The position numbers and the translations under genes are program-made. A DNA stretch of 64,000 nucleotides, from positions 105,710,001 through 105,774,000 of the forward strand of contig NC_043005.1 of NCBI RefSeq assembly GCF_006345805.1. Direction: 5' to 3'. The notes under the pieces are model-generated. The model worked only from the letters and a program-made list of their open reading frames with translations. It did not search any database and was not told where the DNA came from. This document shows, piece by piece, positions 51,860 to 64,000 of the stretch; within the stretch, counting starts at the first letter, position 1; every line of letters starts with the position of its first letter. This DNA is from Octopus sinensis (taxonomy: Eukaryota).

Positions 51860-52345
51860 ATCACTTTTGTTGTTGTTGTTGTTGTTACTGTGGTGATGGA
51901 GGTGGTGGGTAGTGGTGGTGGTGGTAGTGGTGGTAGTGGTGGTGGTAATGCTGTTGGTGGTGGAGGTGGTGGTGGTGGTGATGCTGTTGGTAGTGGAGGT
52001 GGTGGTGGTGGTGGGTAGTGGTGGTGGAGGTGGTGGTGGTGGTGGAGGTGGTGGTGGTAGTGGTGGTGGTGATGCTGTTGGTGGTGGAGGTGGTGGTGGT
52101 GGTAGTGGTGGGTAGTGGTGGTGAAGGTGGTGGTGGTGGTGGTGGTAGTAGTGGTGGTAGTGGTGGTGGAGGTGGTGGTAGTGGTGGTGGTGGTGGTGAT
52201 GGTCTTTGCTACTGTTACTGGTAGTGCAATTGTTACTGAAGCTATTGCAGCAGCAGCAGTAGCAGCAGCAGCAGTTGTTGCTACTGTTGTTGCTAATACT
52301 GCTACCATTGCTATTGTTGTTGCTACTGTTGCTGCTAGCACTGTT
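51860..52345. repeat. (GGT)n / (GCA)n / (TGT)n trinucleotide-rich tract
   Basis: Imperfect trinucleotide arrays; source of the poly-V/T/P/G ORFs. Confidence 0.92.
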
Positions 52346-52859
52346 GTTGTTGTTGTTGTTATATTCATAACTACCAATTTCAATTACTTTAAAAGCTCTA
52401 TAGAAACTAAAAGGCTATTGTTCCTTGGTGTCCCAAATGTGACAAGCTCAGCCTGCCTCCCCACCGTTATCACCTCCTTCACCATGGGGACAACCACCAC
52501 CATCACCCCTGCCCCTTCCACCACTATATAACCCCACATGCTATAAATAACAGCCAAACCTTTTTCAAATCTCATCCTACCACTTTAAATATGAAAAGAC
52601 AACATTGGATAATATAATCTTTTATACACACTGGATACAAAATTGTTTGGGTGGTCAAGTCTGGATTGGCTTGGATAATTAATAAGTTTGAACTTTTATC
52701 TCTGAAGTTTTATTCAAGAGGTAAAACAGCAAGTGTTACCTATTAACAACTACTGTTAGGTTTTATCATCATCAATCATCGATCACCATCAATCAACATT
52801 GTCAAATATCATCATCAGTCACCATGAACTCATGAACTGCAATGAGCTGATGGGGCCTC

Positions 52860-53050
52860 AACATTGTCACTTTACTGGCTAGAAATAGTAACTAAATCTC
52901 CCTCAAATCACACTGCCATCTTAGAAAATGGTTAAGTTGGATACTGCAGTCCTGAGTTCTCTTCATATTAGAAACAAATGGGATGGTCATGGACGGAATG
53001 GTGCTTCTCATAGGTCTGCTAGGTCAGGGTTGAGATAGGGCTAATCAACA
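52860..53050 (-). mobile_element. Dispersed repeat family E
   Basis: ctagaaatagtaactaaatctccctcaaatcacac...ggtctgctaggtcagggttg, the reverse orientation of 51635-51815. Confidence 0.65.
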
Positions 53051-53399
53051 AAAAGCATCAATGACAACCAATTACCATCAACAATCATCACTCACCATCT
53101 GTCACAATCACCAACATCATAACAACCATCAACAATCATGAACCGACATCAGCTCCTGTCATCACATCATCATTAGCAAAAGCAGCAGCAGCAGCAGCAG
53201 CATCCCAACAACTCCTCCGCCCCCCCCCCCAAGCACCAATCCCCAACCCCACCTCGGACCACCACCACCACCAACACCATCGTCATTGCTGCCAGCAGCA
53301 GGCCCCACCACACCTGAAGCATGGCCAGACATCATCCGACACTTTCTATATTTATTGATTAAAAATAGAAATTATATATATAACGAACGACGTGGGTTA

Positions 53400-53649
53400 A
53401 TGGTGGTGGTGGGGGGGGGGGTGGAGACGGTGACGTCGGTGGTGGCGGTGGTGGTGTGGGTGATGGCAGTGGTGGTGGTGGTGGTGGTGGTGGTGGTGTG
53501 GATGATAAGCATCATCATCATTTGCAGCAGCATGACTATAATTGCTATGAACATGATATGTTATTTGTATCACTGTCACTATCATCATCATCATCATTAT
53601 TATTATCATTATCATCATCATCATCACCATCATCCTCATCATTATTATT

Positions 53650-53691
<42 letters not shown>

Positions 53692-53703
53692 GTCATCATC
53701 ATC

Positions 53704-53751
<48 letters not shown>

Positions 53752-53937
53752 GTCATCATCATCATCATCATCATCATCATCACCATCATCATCATCATTA
53801 TTATTATCATCATCATCATCATAATCATCATCATCATAATCATCATCATCATCTTGATCATCTTCATGATCATGATCAAGATCATGATTATGATCATCAG
53901 CATCATCACCATCATCACCCTCATCACTGTCACTGTT

Positions 53938-54004
<67 letters not shown>

Positions 54005-54195
54005 ATGCCTCCACCATTGTCACCAGCCACACCACAAGCCCCACCACCACCAACAACAACAACAACAACACCACCACCACCACCACCACCACCACTACTA
54101 TTATCACTACCATTATGATTACTGTTTCCACCATCATTAACACCATCACTATCATCATCATCACCATCAACATCCACCACCACCACCACCACCAC
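53400..54195. repeat. (CAT)n-dominated compound microsatellite with GGT/CAC/CAA flanks
   Basis: ~800 bp of trinucleotide repeats giving poly-H/S/I/D/M in all frames. Confidence 0.95.
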
Positions 54196-54528
54196 CACCA
54201 CCGCCATCCTGAAAATAAAATGCTAAAATAATAATGACTGAATCATATTATCAATTTTTTTTTCATTTTCCATTTATTTATTATTTTTTTTGTTTTGCTA
54301 TTGATTTTTTTTTCTTCTGTGTCTTTTATATATTTATATCTAAATAATTGATTGATTTAAATAGTTTTATGTGAAAGTAGGAGAGACAAGGAACAGAGAG
54401 GGAGGAGGAAGAGAAATTATAGGTAGATAATAGGGAGAGAGAGAAGGGTGGGTAGGGGATGTAAGCAGATCATGTGTGTGTGGATGTGTGCATGTGTATA
54501 TGTGTGAGTGCATATGTGTGTGCATATG

Positions 54529-54572
<44 letters not shown>

Positions 54573-54969
54573 CACACACACACGCACACACATATAGACA
54601 TGTGTAGATAGATAGAGAGATAGAGAGATAGATTAGGTATGTAGAACAAAAGAGAGAACAATAGGGAAGAAGAAGAAGAAGAAGATGAAGAAGGAGAAGG
54701 AGAAGAAGAAGGAAAGTAGGTAGTATATAAAAAATGATGAAATAGTGTGTGGGTGGGTAACATGGTAAAAACAAAAGTATTGATGGAAGAAATAATATTC
54801 AGAATAATAGTTTTGTAATAAAAAATAGATAAAGAATTCCTTTTGTTAATTTTTCAAGTTGTTTAGAATTGGCAGAGAAAGTGACTGGTTTCTGAAACTG
54901 GATGAAACTGGTTTCATGTCCTGACATAACTCCTCTTTGTATTGGAGCTTTTGCTCCACACCTTACCAT

Positions 54970-55560
54970 ATACTTATGTATATATAGACAGGTGTGTAAG
55001 TATAAGGTGTGTGTATGCATGTATACATATATACATGTATATGTATGTATATACATATGTATATCTATGTACATATATATGTGTTAGCATGTGTGTATGT
55101 ATATACATATATATGCGTGTGAACATGTGTGTATGTATATACATATATATGTGTGTGTGTGAACATGTGTGTATGTATATACATATATATATGTGTGTGC
55201 GAACATTTGTGTATGTATATACATATATATATGTGTGTGTGTGAACATGTGTGTATGTATATACATATATATATGTGTGTGTGAACATGTGTGTATGTAT
55301 ATACATATATATATGTGTGTTTTTGTGTACTTGTTTGTGTGTGTGTATGTGCATATGCATGTATACATATATACATGTATATGTACGTATATACATATGT
55401 ATATCTATGTACATATATATGTGTGTGAGCATGTGCGTATGTATGTACATATATATATGTGTGTGTGTGTTTGTGTATGTGTTTTTGCGTGTGTATGTGT
55501 ATATATATATATGCATATGTATGTATGTATGTATATGTATGTATGTATACATGTATGAAT
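54970..55560. repeat. TA/TG-derived minisatellite (~38-42-bp units)
   Basis: gaacatgtgtgtatgtatatacatatatatgtgtgt repeated several times, plus a longer duplicated block (55010-55100 vs 55345-55455). Confidence 0.85.
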
Positions 55561-55869
55561 AATGAGTTAGAAGCATTGAGAAATTTGAAAATAAATAATT
55601 AAGAAGTCGCTGCCAGTCAAATGGGGGGGAAAATAATAGGTCCTTTCATATCAAATAAGATACCCTTTGATGACAGAAAAAAATGTGAACAGAATGGTTT
55701 AGGTGAAGCACATCCTGTATTGTGATAACCCTTAGAACTCTCAACTGTTGAATTAAGAAATTAGAATAAAAAGAGAATATTTTTGTTCTTATTTGGTTTG
55801 TTTGAAGCATTCAGAAATTTGAAAATAAGTATTTTGGAAGCCGTTATAATGCAAATGGAGGTATAAATA

Positions 55870-55985
55870 GTAGGTATGGCTGTGTGGTTGAGAAGCTAGC
55901 TTTGCAGCCGTATGGTTTGAGTTTGGTCCCACTGAGCAGCATCTTGGGCAAATGTCTTCAACAAAAGCCCCAGGGTGACTAACAC
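55870..55985 (+). mobile_element. SINE family B head (diverged)
   Basis: tggctgtgtggttgagaag...ttgggcaaatgtctt. Confidence 0.65.
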
Positions 55986-56027
55986 TTCACCAGTGAATTT
56001 GGTTAACAAGAACTTGTGAAAGTCTCT

Positions 56028-56822
56028 CAGGCATAGCCATGTGGTAAGATGTTTGCCTCCCAGTCACGTGGTTCCAGGTTCAGCCCTACTGTATGGTACC
56101 TGAGGCAAGTGTCTTCTGCTATAGCCTTGGGCCAACCAAAGCCCTGTGAGGGGATTTGGTTGTCAGAAACTGAAAGAAGCCCATTGTTTCTGCCTCTCTA
56201 CTTCTCTGTCACACTCTAACCATTCATCATCTGACACAATTTCCCCTCCCCTAATGCCCCCACTCTTCTCAAAATTCCTTGTCTTGCAAGTTACTTGGTG
56301 ACCCTGCTGGAGCTGGTGCCACATAAAAGGCATCCAATCCGCACTGTAATCTGGTTGGCATTTGGGAGGGCATCCAGCTATAAAAATCATGTCGAAACCA
56401 ATCTTGCTTGTAGTAGGGCCACATAAAAAGCACTCACTCCACTCTGCATGGTGGTTGGTGCTAGGAAGGGCATCCAACCATAAAAACCCTGCCAAACCAG
56501 ACACAGTAGAGCTTAGCTCTTGTCAACCGTCCTACCATGCATGCATGGAAGATGAGCGTTAAACAATGATGATGATGATGATGATGATATAGGTGATGTC
56601 TGTGTCTTTGTGTCTCTGTCCCCATCACCACTTGACAACTGGTGTTGTGGGTCTTTATGGCCCCTGTAACTTAGTGGTTCAGCAAAAGAGACTGGTAGAA
56701 TAACTTCCAAGCTTTAAAGAAAAAAATATTGGGGTGAATTCATTCAACTAAAAAACTCCTTCGAGGCAGTGCTCCACCATGGCCACAGTCTAATTGATGA
56801 AACAAGTAAAAAAAATAAAAGA
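56028..56822 (+). mobile_element. SINE family B split by a family C insertion
   Basis: Head 56028-56185 and tail 56595-56822 flank the family C element. Confidence 0.75.
56277..56590 (+). mobile_element. Family C repeat
   Basis: cttgtcttgcaagttacttggtgacc...gggcatccagc...catgcatggaa...gatgatgat. Confidence 0.8.
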
Positions 56823-57689
56823 TATATACATGAGTGTGTGTGTATGTGTGTGTGATTTTGCTTGTGATTGTACTCCAACTACCATAACTTAACAGTTCTG
56901 TAAAAGACACTGATAAAATAAGTACAAGGCTTAAGAATAATTATTGGGGTTGACTTGTTTGTCTATCCCCTTCCAGATGGTGCCCCAGCTTAGCCACCGT
57001 TCAATGACTGAAACATGAGCATGATAGCACCGAAGATGAAAAAGCTGAATGGAATTGTCCCTCGGAATCAAATCCTATATTTGTCATATACCTGATGAGG
57101 TTTGATATGGTGTGATATTTACCATCATCTTCTGGGAGATGACAGATTCCAAGTATGTAGATCTGTTGCTTTTACCTTGCTGTTCTATGTACCACAGGAC
57201 TACCTATGTACCACAGGACGACTTAATCAGAGTTAACCAGGAATCACAGGTCACAATGCATTAGAAAAAGGGATCAGTAAGATTGGATTTTAATCCTGTA
57301 AGACTTCCATTAGAAAATGAATTTTTCATTCTCTGTTTGTAATCAAAGTAGTTCCAGCCCAGAGTTTATCTTTTCAAGGATGTTTAGTTTTTGTGTTGAA
57401 GTGAAATTGTATGAATATTTAAAAATGTTTTCATTACAATTCTAATTATAACAAAATGTCTAACCTGCAATTCGTGTCAATGTATGCGTTTTTATGAAAA
57501 TTAGACAAACTTGCTATGCAAATTAGGAAGTCCAGTAACCTTACAGTATCTCCGGTTCATCTTGTTTACTCCTCTTTCCACATCATAAGTTTGGAGAAAG
57601 ACCTTTTAGAATTTTGTCTCATATGTATATCATCATCATCATCATCATTATTGTCATCATCATCATCGTTGTCAATATCATCATCGTCA

Positions 57690-58545
57690 CCACTGCTACC
57701 ACCAGGTTGACCCAGTATTCTTTTGATGATTTTTTTGTAAAGTTGGGTAAGTATTGTTGAAATTCGCCAGGGATACTTGAATTTAGATTGATGGTTATGG
57801 TCACTTGGAAGTGTTACATTGATTTTTCTTGGTATTAAAATCTCTACTTTGAGATTTCAGTTTTAAATTGAACATGAACTTTGAGATTTTCTGTTGGTAA
57901 TCCATCCAACAATTGCCAGTATTTCTCATGACTCAAATGACATGAATATTTGATTGATCTGTGGCTCTGGTGATAACATATTCAATGAGGCACCAGTTTT
58001 TCAATTTCAGGTGCATCCAAGATGTCTTGTGTTTCTTTTTAAGTCAGAACTTGGCTGTTAATGATGACAAGATGTACCCAGAACAAAAACCCAGCAATGT
58101 TAAAAATTTTGGGTAGACATTACCAACACCTTTTCCCCATATATTCTTCTAGAGATGAGGATTTCTCCAGACTTTGCATTTAAGTCATCATTACATACAG
58201 TTTGTTGTGTTTGGGAACTGAATAAAAACATTGATTCAGGGATGTGTAAAAAGAATTCATTGATATCTGAATTGAAGTCCAGATTCAGAGCATATACATT
58301 GACAATGATGATGTGATTTCTTCCTGCAAATGGAAGTATCGCAAAGATGATTCATTCATTGATGGCATGAAGAATGATGTTGTTTCATGATGGAATTCTT
58401 AATTGAAAATCCAACTCCATGCAGCCTTCAATCCCCATTTGGCTTTCTTTTTGGAAAATCTGTAACCATCTTTGATTTTTGTTCCTTGTCCTTCATTAGC
58501 TAGTTATGTCTCCCTTGATTCTGCAACGTCTTCTAAACCCTTTCT
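57690..58545 (-). mobile_element. RTE-clade LINE apurinic endonuclease remnant
   Basis: Minus strand, across frameshifts: RET*LANEG...GVGFSIKNSI...IIVNVYA...DLNAK.G...GVGN...KTSWMHLKLKNWCLIEYVITR, matching RTE motifs (ETRLA.EG, GVGFAI, KTSWMHPRSKHWHLIDYVI). Confidence 0.78.
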
Positions 58546-58684
58546 AAGCAAGCACTTCATTATTCAAGGTGAGCAGTGTTGAATAAATAAATCCCTCTTA
58601 AAATGATGACAGTTGCTCCTTCACCACCAGCGACACAGAAGTTATCAAAGAAACTTTCAATATTCGCTGAACCTGTTCCTTTTA

Positions 58685-58960
58685 CATCATCATCATCATC
58701 ATTGTTTGACCGTGGTCGAGACAATGGAATTTACAATGTTACGCCAGACTTCACGGTCCATCATGGCATTACGGAGGTCCTGTTGCTGGATGCCTGTATC
58801 CCTGGAGATTACATTAGGGTAGGAGAGTGCGCACCCTCTGGTATTGCGAGTAGATGACTTCCAGAGGAGAAGAGTAGAAATTACCTCTTTTTCAGCTCTA
58901 CAGCAATGTCCAGCAAACTGGACTCTCCTACCTTTTACACTCCTCCTGTCATTTCTGTAT
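58685..58960 (-). mobile_element. RTE-type LINE 3' end with (GAT)n tail
   Basis: RRVQFAGHCCRAEKEVISTLLLW...DLRNAMMDREVWR...KQ* then tgatgatgat. Confidence 0.85.
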
Positions 58961-59499
58961 TTCTGTTTGAGAAACTGGATTAAGTGGACATTATCTGTAT
59001 GATTTAAGGAATTGTCTGTGGCCTCCAAAGCTGTATAACTTGATTGATCCTTGTCCAGTTCCACAGAATCAATGTAGCTGTGATGATGGATGGTGGATCA
59101 GCTGTAGTAGCTGCTGAGTACTCAGTTTGTTGAGTATTGCTTTATTGTCAGCCCAGCTGATGGAGTCATAGTACAGAGATCAAAATTAGCAATACTGGCT
59201 TACCCTTGCTATTCTGTAACCCCCATTGGCAAGGGAGTCTCTCCCTTTTCCCTGAGCTACAGAGACCAGTGCAGCGACCATCCAATACTAGAACTAACCT
59301 TATTTGAAAGCAACCATACTTACCTTGCCAGAAGCTTCTCTTTGGGACAAAAAGGTCTTTTGGGAATAAGCATTGTCACTAGCAGCATCCTTTCTCCTTA
59401 GTAAACTTGATATCGTTGGCCCACGATTGTAGCTAAGTACTATAACTGATGCTTTCGTTCCCATAAAGAGTAACCCACGGGATGGTATATGTATATATA

Positions 59500-59683
59500 T
59501 CATCATCACTATCATCGTTTAACGTCCGCTTTCCATGCTAGCATGGGTTGGATGATTTTGACTGAGGGCTGGTGAACCAGATGGCAGCACCAGGCTCCAA
59601 TCTTGATCTGGTAGAGTTTCTATAGCTGGATGCCCTTCCTAATGCCACCACTCCGAGAGTATAGTGGGTGCTTTTTACGTGCC
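59500..59683 (-). mobile_element. Family C repeat
   Basis: catcatcgtttaacgtccgctttccatgctagcatggg...gtgctttttacgtgcc. Confidence 0.85.
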
Positions 59684-60946
59684 GTATATATATATATCTT
59701 ATATATCTTATATATATCTTTTATATCTATATATATATATATATCATATATACCTCATATATATCTTTTATATATATATATAAACTCATTGCTTTTTTTA
59801 TATTTTTTTGTAGACCAGGGATCATAATGACCAATGTATTCCCCTTTATTTCAGATGGTTAATATGTGATATGAGGGAGATTTGGTTGATATTTCTTGCA
59901 AAAGCAAGCCACCATATAACAGAAGTTCTCCTGTTGGTTCACACATAAGCATGTGCTTGCATGCCCCCACACACACAGACGAACGCACGTGCACACATGT
60001 GCATGCGCTCACATATATCTATGTGTGAATATTTTTAACTATAATTTGAGGGTAAAATTTAGGAGTGAGCTTCAAATAAAAAAACCCAAAAATTATTTTA
60101 AGCACGCACCTCGAAAAAAATTTTAAAATAAATAAAAAAAGAAATGAATATGGTGGGGGACCTCCTTGTTTGCCGGAACTCTGTAAGCTCAGCATGATGC
60201 CATATCAAAGAGGCTGCCATATACACTATACATGTATTACTGTAAGTCTTCTTGCCACTCCTAGTTTCTCAGCCAACTCAAAATGAATTTGATCCTGTAC
60301 AAAGTACAGTCTCCACACCAAATGCTTTGTACGTGCAGTCAACAGTGTATGATGGTGTAGGTTAGTACGACTACTGATGTGGTGCGGTGTTGGGTGTAGG
60401 AGCGAATGGGGGTGGGTAGGAGTCTTGTTAATTAGACATGACATTAAATATGGAAATATATTTAGTACATATATCAAATTACTATAAAGTCACTACTAAT
60501 TGGCTGTTTCCTTAAGTGATCATGTTTTAGTTGGATATGTGCGTATGCATATATAATGGATGTATATACATACATATTTGCGTACTTATGTGTGTGAGAA
60601 AAAAATTGCAAGTATATAGTTTAACTTAAACGTACACATGCACATATGCATATAGATGCATGTGTGTGAGTATATATATATACACTGCCCGCACACACAC
60701 ACACATACATATGTATATATATATACATATATACATACGCACATGTTTATCTACTGACATATACATTTACATATATGTTTTTACTGGTTTCAAACATTTG
60801 AGGCCATGCTGGGTCCCTGCCATGATATTAAACTCTTACCATTCATATGAGTATGTGTGCATGTGTATGTTTATATGTGTATGTATATATGAGCTTGTGT
60901 GTATGTGTGTGTAATTCATATATATTCATATATGTAAAATATATAA

Positions 60947-60986
<40 letters not shown>

Positions 60987-61741
60987 ATACATGCACATTT
61001 ATATATACACCAACAGTTTCCAACTTACAAGTATCCTTATAATTCTGAAAGGGTCAGGGAGACCAAATCTTTTAGTTTAGAAACATTTGATAAAACACAA
61101 AACATTCAAGAGTAGGGCTAGAGTGAAGCCACAACAGCAAACGAAAACAGTGTGGGAGATCTCCCCAAGAAAACCATCAACTGTTAAGCGTGGTTCATTG
61201 AAATGCAATAATAAAAGAAAACCATGGAGATTGATTAATTAACCAACTGAATTGGCATCATAAAACATTGGCAGCTGTTGGAGGAATTACAACCATGTTT
61301 CGTGGGCTGCTACCACAACAGCTCTTTTATAGGATCCAGTTAGCTCAAGACATCATCAGGTGGAACCACTTCCGGTTTTGACCCCTACTCCTCTACCGTT
61401 TTGACGTGGTGGGGTCCCCCTTTCGGAGGTGTCTTCAGCTCTGGTGTTGGGTGCATGTCTACTTTCTTCTTCTTTCTTCTGTTCCCTGGCCTCTTTGATG
61501 TATCGTCAGTGAATGTCAGCTGGTGACTGACTGGTCAAAATTTTCCCTTTAAATACCTGCCGCTAGGCTCCAGCAGGCAGCCCCAGCAAGTTGTCACGTG
61601 ACACTGTCTCACCTTAACTGGCTAGTGAAGGCGCGTAGTCTTAGCCCGTGCATTCTCTAAATGACCGTCACCTGTCAGTCAGTTGACGGTCGTTTACTAA
61701 AAACATACACCCACTTATACATACATTTTTTTTTGTTAACC

Positions 61742-61870
61742 CATGCTGGTTAATAAATTCATTTTGCAGCCATGTGCTTCAGGTTCAGTCCCACTGCATG
61801 GCACCACGGGCAGGTGTCTTCTACTCTGGCAAAATCCTTGTGAAGTATATAGAAACTGAAAGAAGCATGT
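61742..61870 (+). mobile_element. SINE family B 5' fragment
   Basis: caggttcagtcccactgcatggcacc...gaaactgaaagaagc. Confidence 0.7.
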
Positions 61871-62080
61871 TATATATGCACTTAAATATGTATGTGTGTA
61901 TGGGTGTATGTGTATGCATGGGTGTATGTGTGGGTGAGAACCTCCTTGTGTTGACATCTCACATTAATTGTAAACAAATGCCATCATCATTATCATGTAA
62001 GTGATGCTGTATGTTTGCAATCTCTTGGGAAGACGTGTCCAACCATTGTGATGTTTATGTTTGAAGGACTAGAGGAAATA

Positions 62081-62112
62081 TTAGGGTTAGGGTTAGGATT
62101 AAGGTTAAGGTT
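62081..62112 (+). repeat. Short degenerate (TTAGGG)n tract
   Basis: ttagggttagggttaggattaaggttaaggtt. Confidence 0.7.
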
Positions 62113-62224
62113 ATTTCTTTGCATGTGAAAGTTGGTAATAAAAAGAACACCTGGCAATAGATAATCTATCTCAATGCCTGGAAATTGGACAGTGATGATG
62201 ATAATTCATAGAAAGGGTCTGTAT

Positions 62225-62610
62225 TCATGGCCTTTGCAGCATCTCCAAAGTTGAGGAGATTGATGCCATAAACATTTTGCAGAAACTATTGAAGTCGATG
62301 ACAGCATGCAAATCATGTGTATAAGGGAATTCCAAAGGGCCTTCCCTCATCTAAGACAAAAGGACAGCATAGTGGTTCATACAAGACCTGGGCTGGGATC
62401 AACAGAGGTGATGAAAAGATGAGAGATGAATATATATAGGGTGTCAGAGTGGAGATGAGATGAGCCAATTCTGAGAAGACAAGGCCACCCATTATGGTAA
62501 TAGTTAAATAGGCAGAAAGATGCACAGAACATCTGGAGGTCAGAGGAGACAGGATGTGTTCATGATTGAGTCTAGGATAATCAGTAAAGCCTGTCTGTAC
62601 ATGTAGCAGT
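62225..62610 (-). mobile_element. Jockey/CR1-like LINE ORF2 C-terminal remnant
   Basis: Across frameshifts: LSPLTSRCSV-ASFCLFNYYHNG-SELAHLI...ALWNSL...IDF...NVYGINL, resembling the RRxVASLxLFYRYYxGxCSxEL...LWNSLP motif. Confidence 0.65.
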
Positions 62611-63609
62611 ACCAACAATCCCAAATGGGAAAGCTGTATACTATAAATGATTTCACTGTACATTTGTACATTTACCTGGGTGTTCAGGAGTGTCACCTCA
62701 CAATTTGAGAAAGAGGGAGAGAAATAGGGGGAAGAATAGAGAAAGATGTTAATGGGCGAAAATGTGTGTACTCTGGATGTGTCAGGATTCAAGGGTACTT
62801 TAGTATTAATTTGTAAAGTTACCCTGTTTTATCATGTTCTGCCTTACATTTAAGAGAGGGGTACATCATGTGCTCAGCTTTCTGTTTATAAAAACAGTGT
62901 TTAATCCTTTATGTTATCTTTTGCTAAAACCACTGAAGTTTGTAGTTTTTATTTTGATTTCTAGAAAACTAGGTTAGATGGCAGTTAATAGGTTAACAAT
63001 CAGCAAGCAGTTATGGGGTGATCTGACGATTGTGATCAGATCAGAATCAATAGCTTTAGTAAAGAAAGAGCAATAGAGAAAAATAGATTAGATATGAAAC
63101 TATGAGTAAATTAGAAGAGTAGATTAAGAAACACATCACAGCAACCATGATAGGGACCATGTTGACTTTTAGGTGTTATTTTATTAATGAGAAACACAAA
63201 AGCTGCAGTCCCAGAGCTAAAGCTCTAAGACACAGTGGAGCAAAAGCCATTCAATGGTCTTGAAAGAAAGAGGCATGATGTGACAACAATGGACTGGGAT
63301 GGGTGCATGCTGTGAAATTCTGACCTTACTTACAGCTTTACAGTGATGCTTTCCTCAGTGAAGTGATGACAGTAGGGAAGTTCATTACCTGTTTTGGATA
63401 GCTTACCACAGCTCTTGGCTGAGAATGTGAGCCAAGATACAATTGGCAGTAAGTGGCTATGCAAGGGACAAATCACTAGGCTACAATAGTTTGCTCTACA
63501 AATATTGAGTACACATACCAAACTTGTTTACATATATCTTAGAAGCAATGCTTACACACACACACTACTGAATATGTGTGTGTGTATGTATATATATGTA
63601 TATATATAT

Positions 63610-63870
63610 CATCATCATCATTATCGTTTAACATCCGTTTTCCATGTTGGCATGGGTTGGATGGTTCAACTAGGGTCTGGGAAGCCAGGAGGCTGCACCT
63701 GGCCCCAATCTGATCTGGCAGTGTTTCTACAACTGGATGCCCTTCCTAATGCCAACCACTCCGAGAATGTAGTAGGTGCCACCGGCACAAGGGTCCAGAG
63801 GAGCTGGCCTCAACCACAATCAAATGGTGCTTTTTACGTGTCACCGGCATGGGGCTCACAACTACAATTT
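63610..63870 (-). mobile_element. Family C repeat
   Basis: catcattatcgtttaacatccgttttccatgttggcatggg...ggtgctttttacgtgtcacc...caactacaatttcc. Confidence 0.85.
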
Positions 63871-63948
63871 CCATTTGGTTTGATTTTGATATTGCTGATG
63901 TTGATGTATTTGACTCAGCACCAAACACGTTTGGACGTATATATATAT

Positions 63949-63980
<32 letters not shown>

Positions 63981-64000
63981 GATAGATAGATAGATCGATA

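Noticed and set aside
53286-54231. Long poly-His/Ser/Asp/Met ORFs (up to 284 aa)
   Set aside because: They are open in several frames on both strands only because of (CAT)n; no non-repetitive domain and no supportable splice structure.
57088-57120. CCTGATGAGG core match (similarly CTGATGA near 4573)
   Set aside because: No closing stem II or GAAA-stem III; expected by chance.
59300-59460. Candidate minus-strand exon ending in a strong donor (AAG/GTAAGT near 59322)
   Set aside because: A single consensus donor with no recognisable protein or partner exons; needs RNA-seq.
62081-62112. Telomere or chromosome-fusion site
   Set aside because: Only about five degenerate units with no head-to-head arrangement.

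Overview
AT-rich eukaryotic non-coding DNA, most likely from an octopus (inference from the recognisable tRNA-derived SINE families and the very high density of TA/TATG/CAT microsatellites; not database-confirmed). I find no host protein-coding gene, rRNA, true tRNA or CRISPR array. Almost all long ORFs in the track are microsatellite read-through. The real coding signal comes from decayed transposons: CR1-type, RTE, Jockey/CR1-like and R4/Dong LINE pieces, two Penelope-like (GIY-YIG) remnants, a mariner and a maT/DD37D-type transposase. There are also two related non-autonomous Helitrons, a TTAA-flanked MITE and several dozen SINE copies or fragments from several families. The most interesting layer is a set of minimal type I hammerhead-ribozyme motifs (CUGAnGA...GAAAC-GUH with a loop-less palindromic stem III). 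Two lie in a ~595-bp tandem duplication (11501-12622). One, decayed at CpG sites, lies in an element with a tRNA-derived Pol III head that has been split by a Dong insertion (47608-49491). Three belong to a variant-core family, and one degenerate motif sits downstream of a Penelope-like ORF. All folds were done by eye and none is tested.
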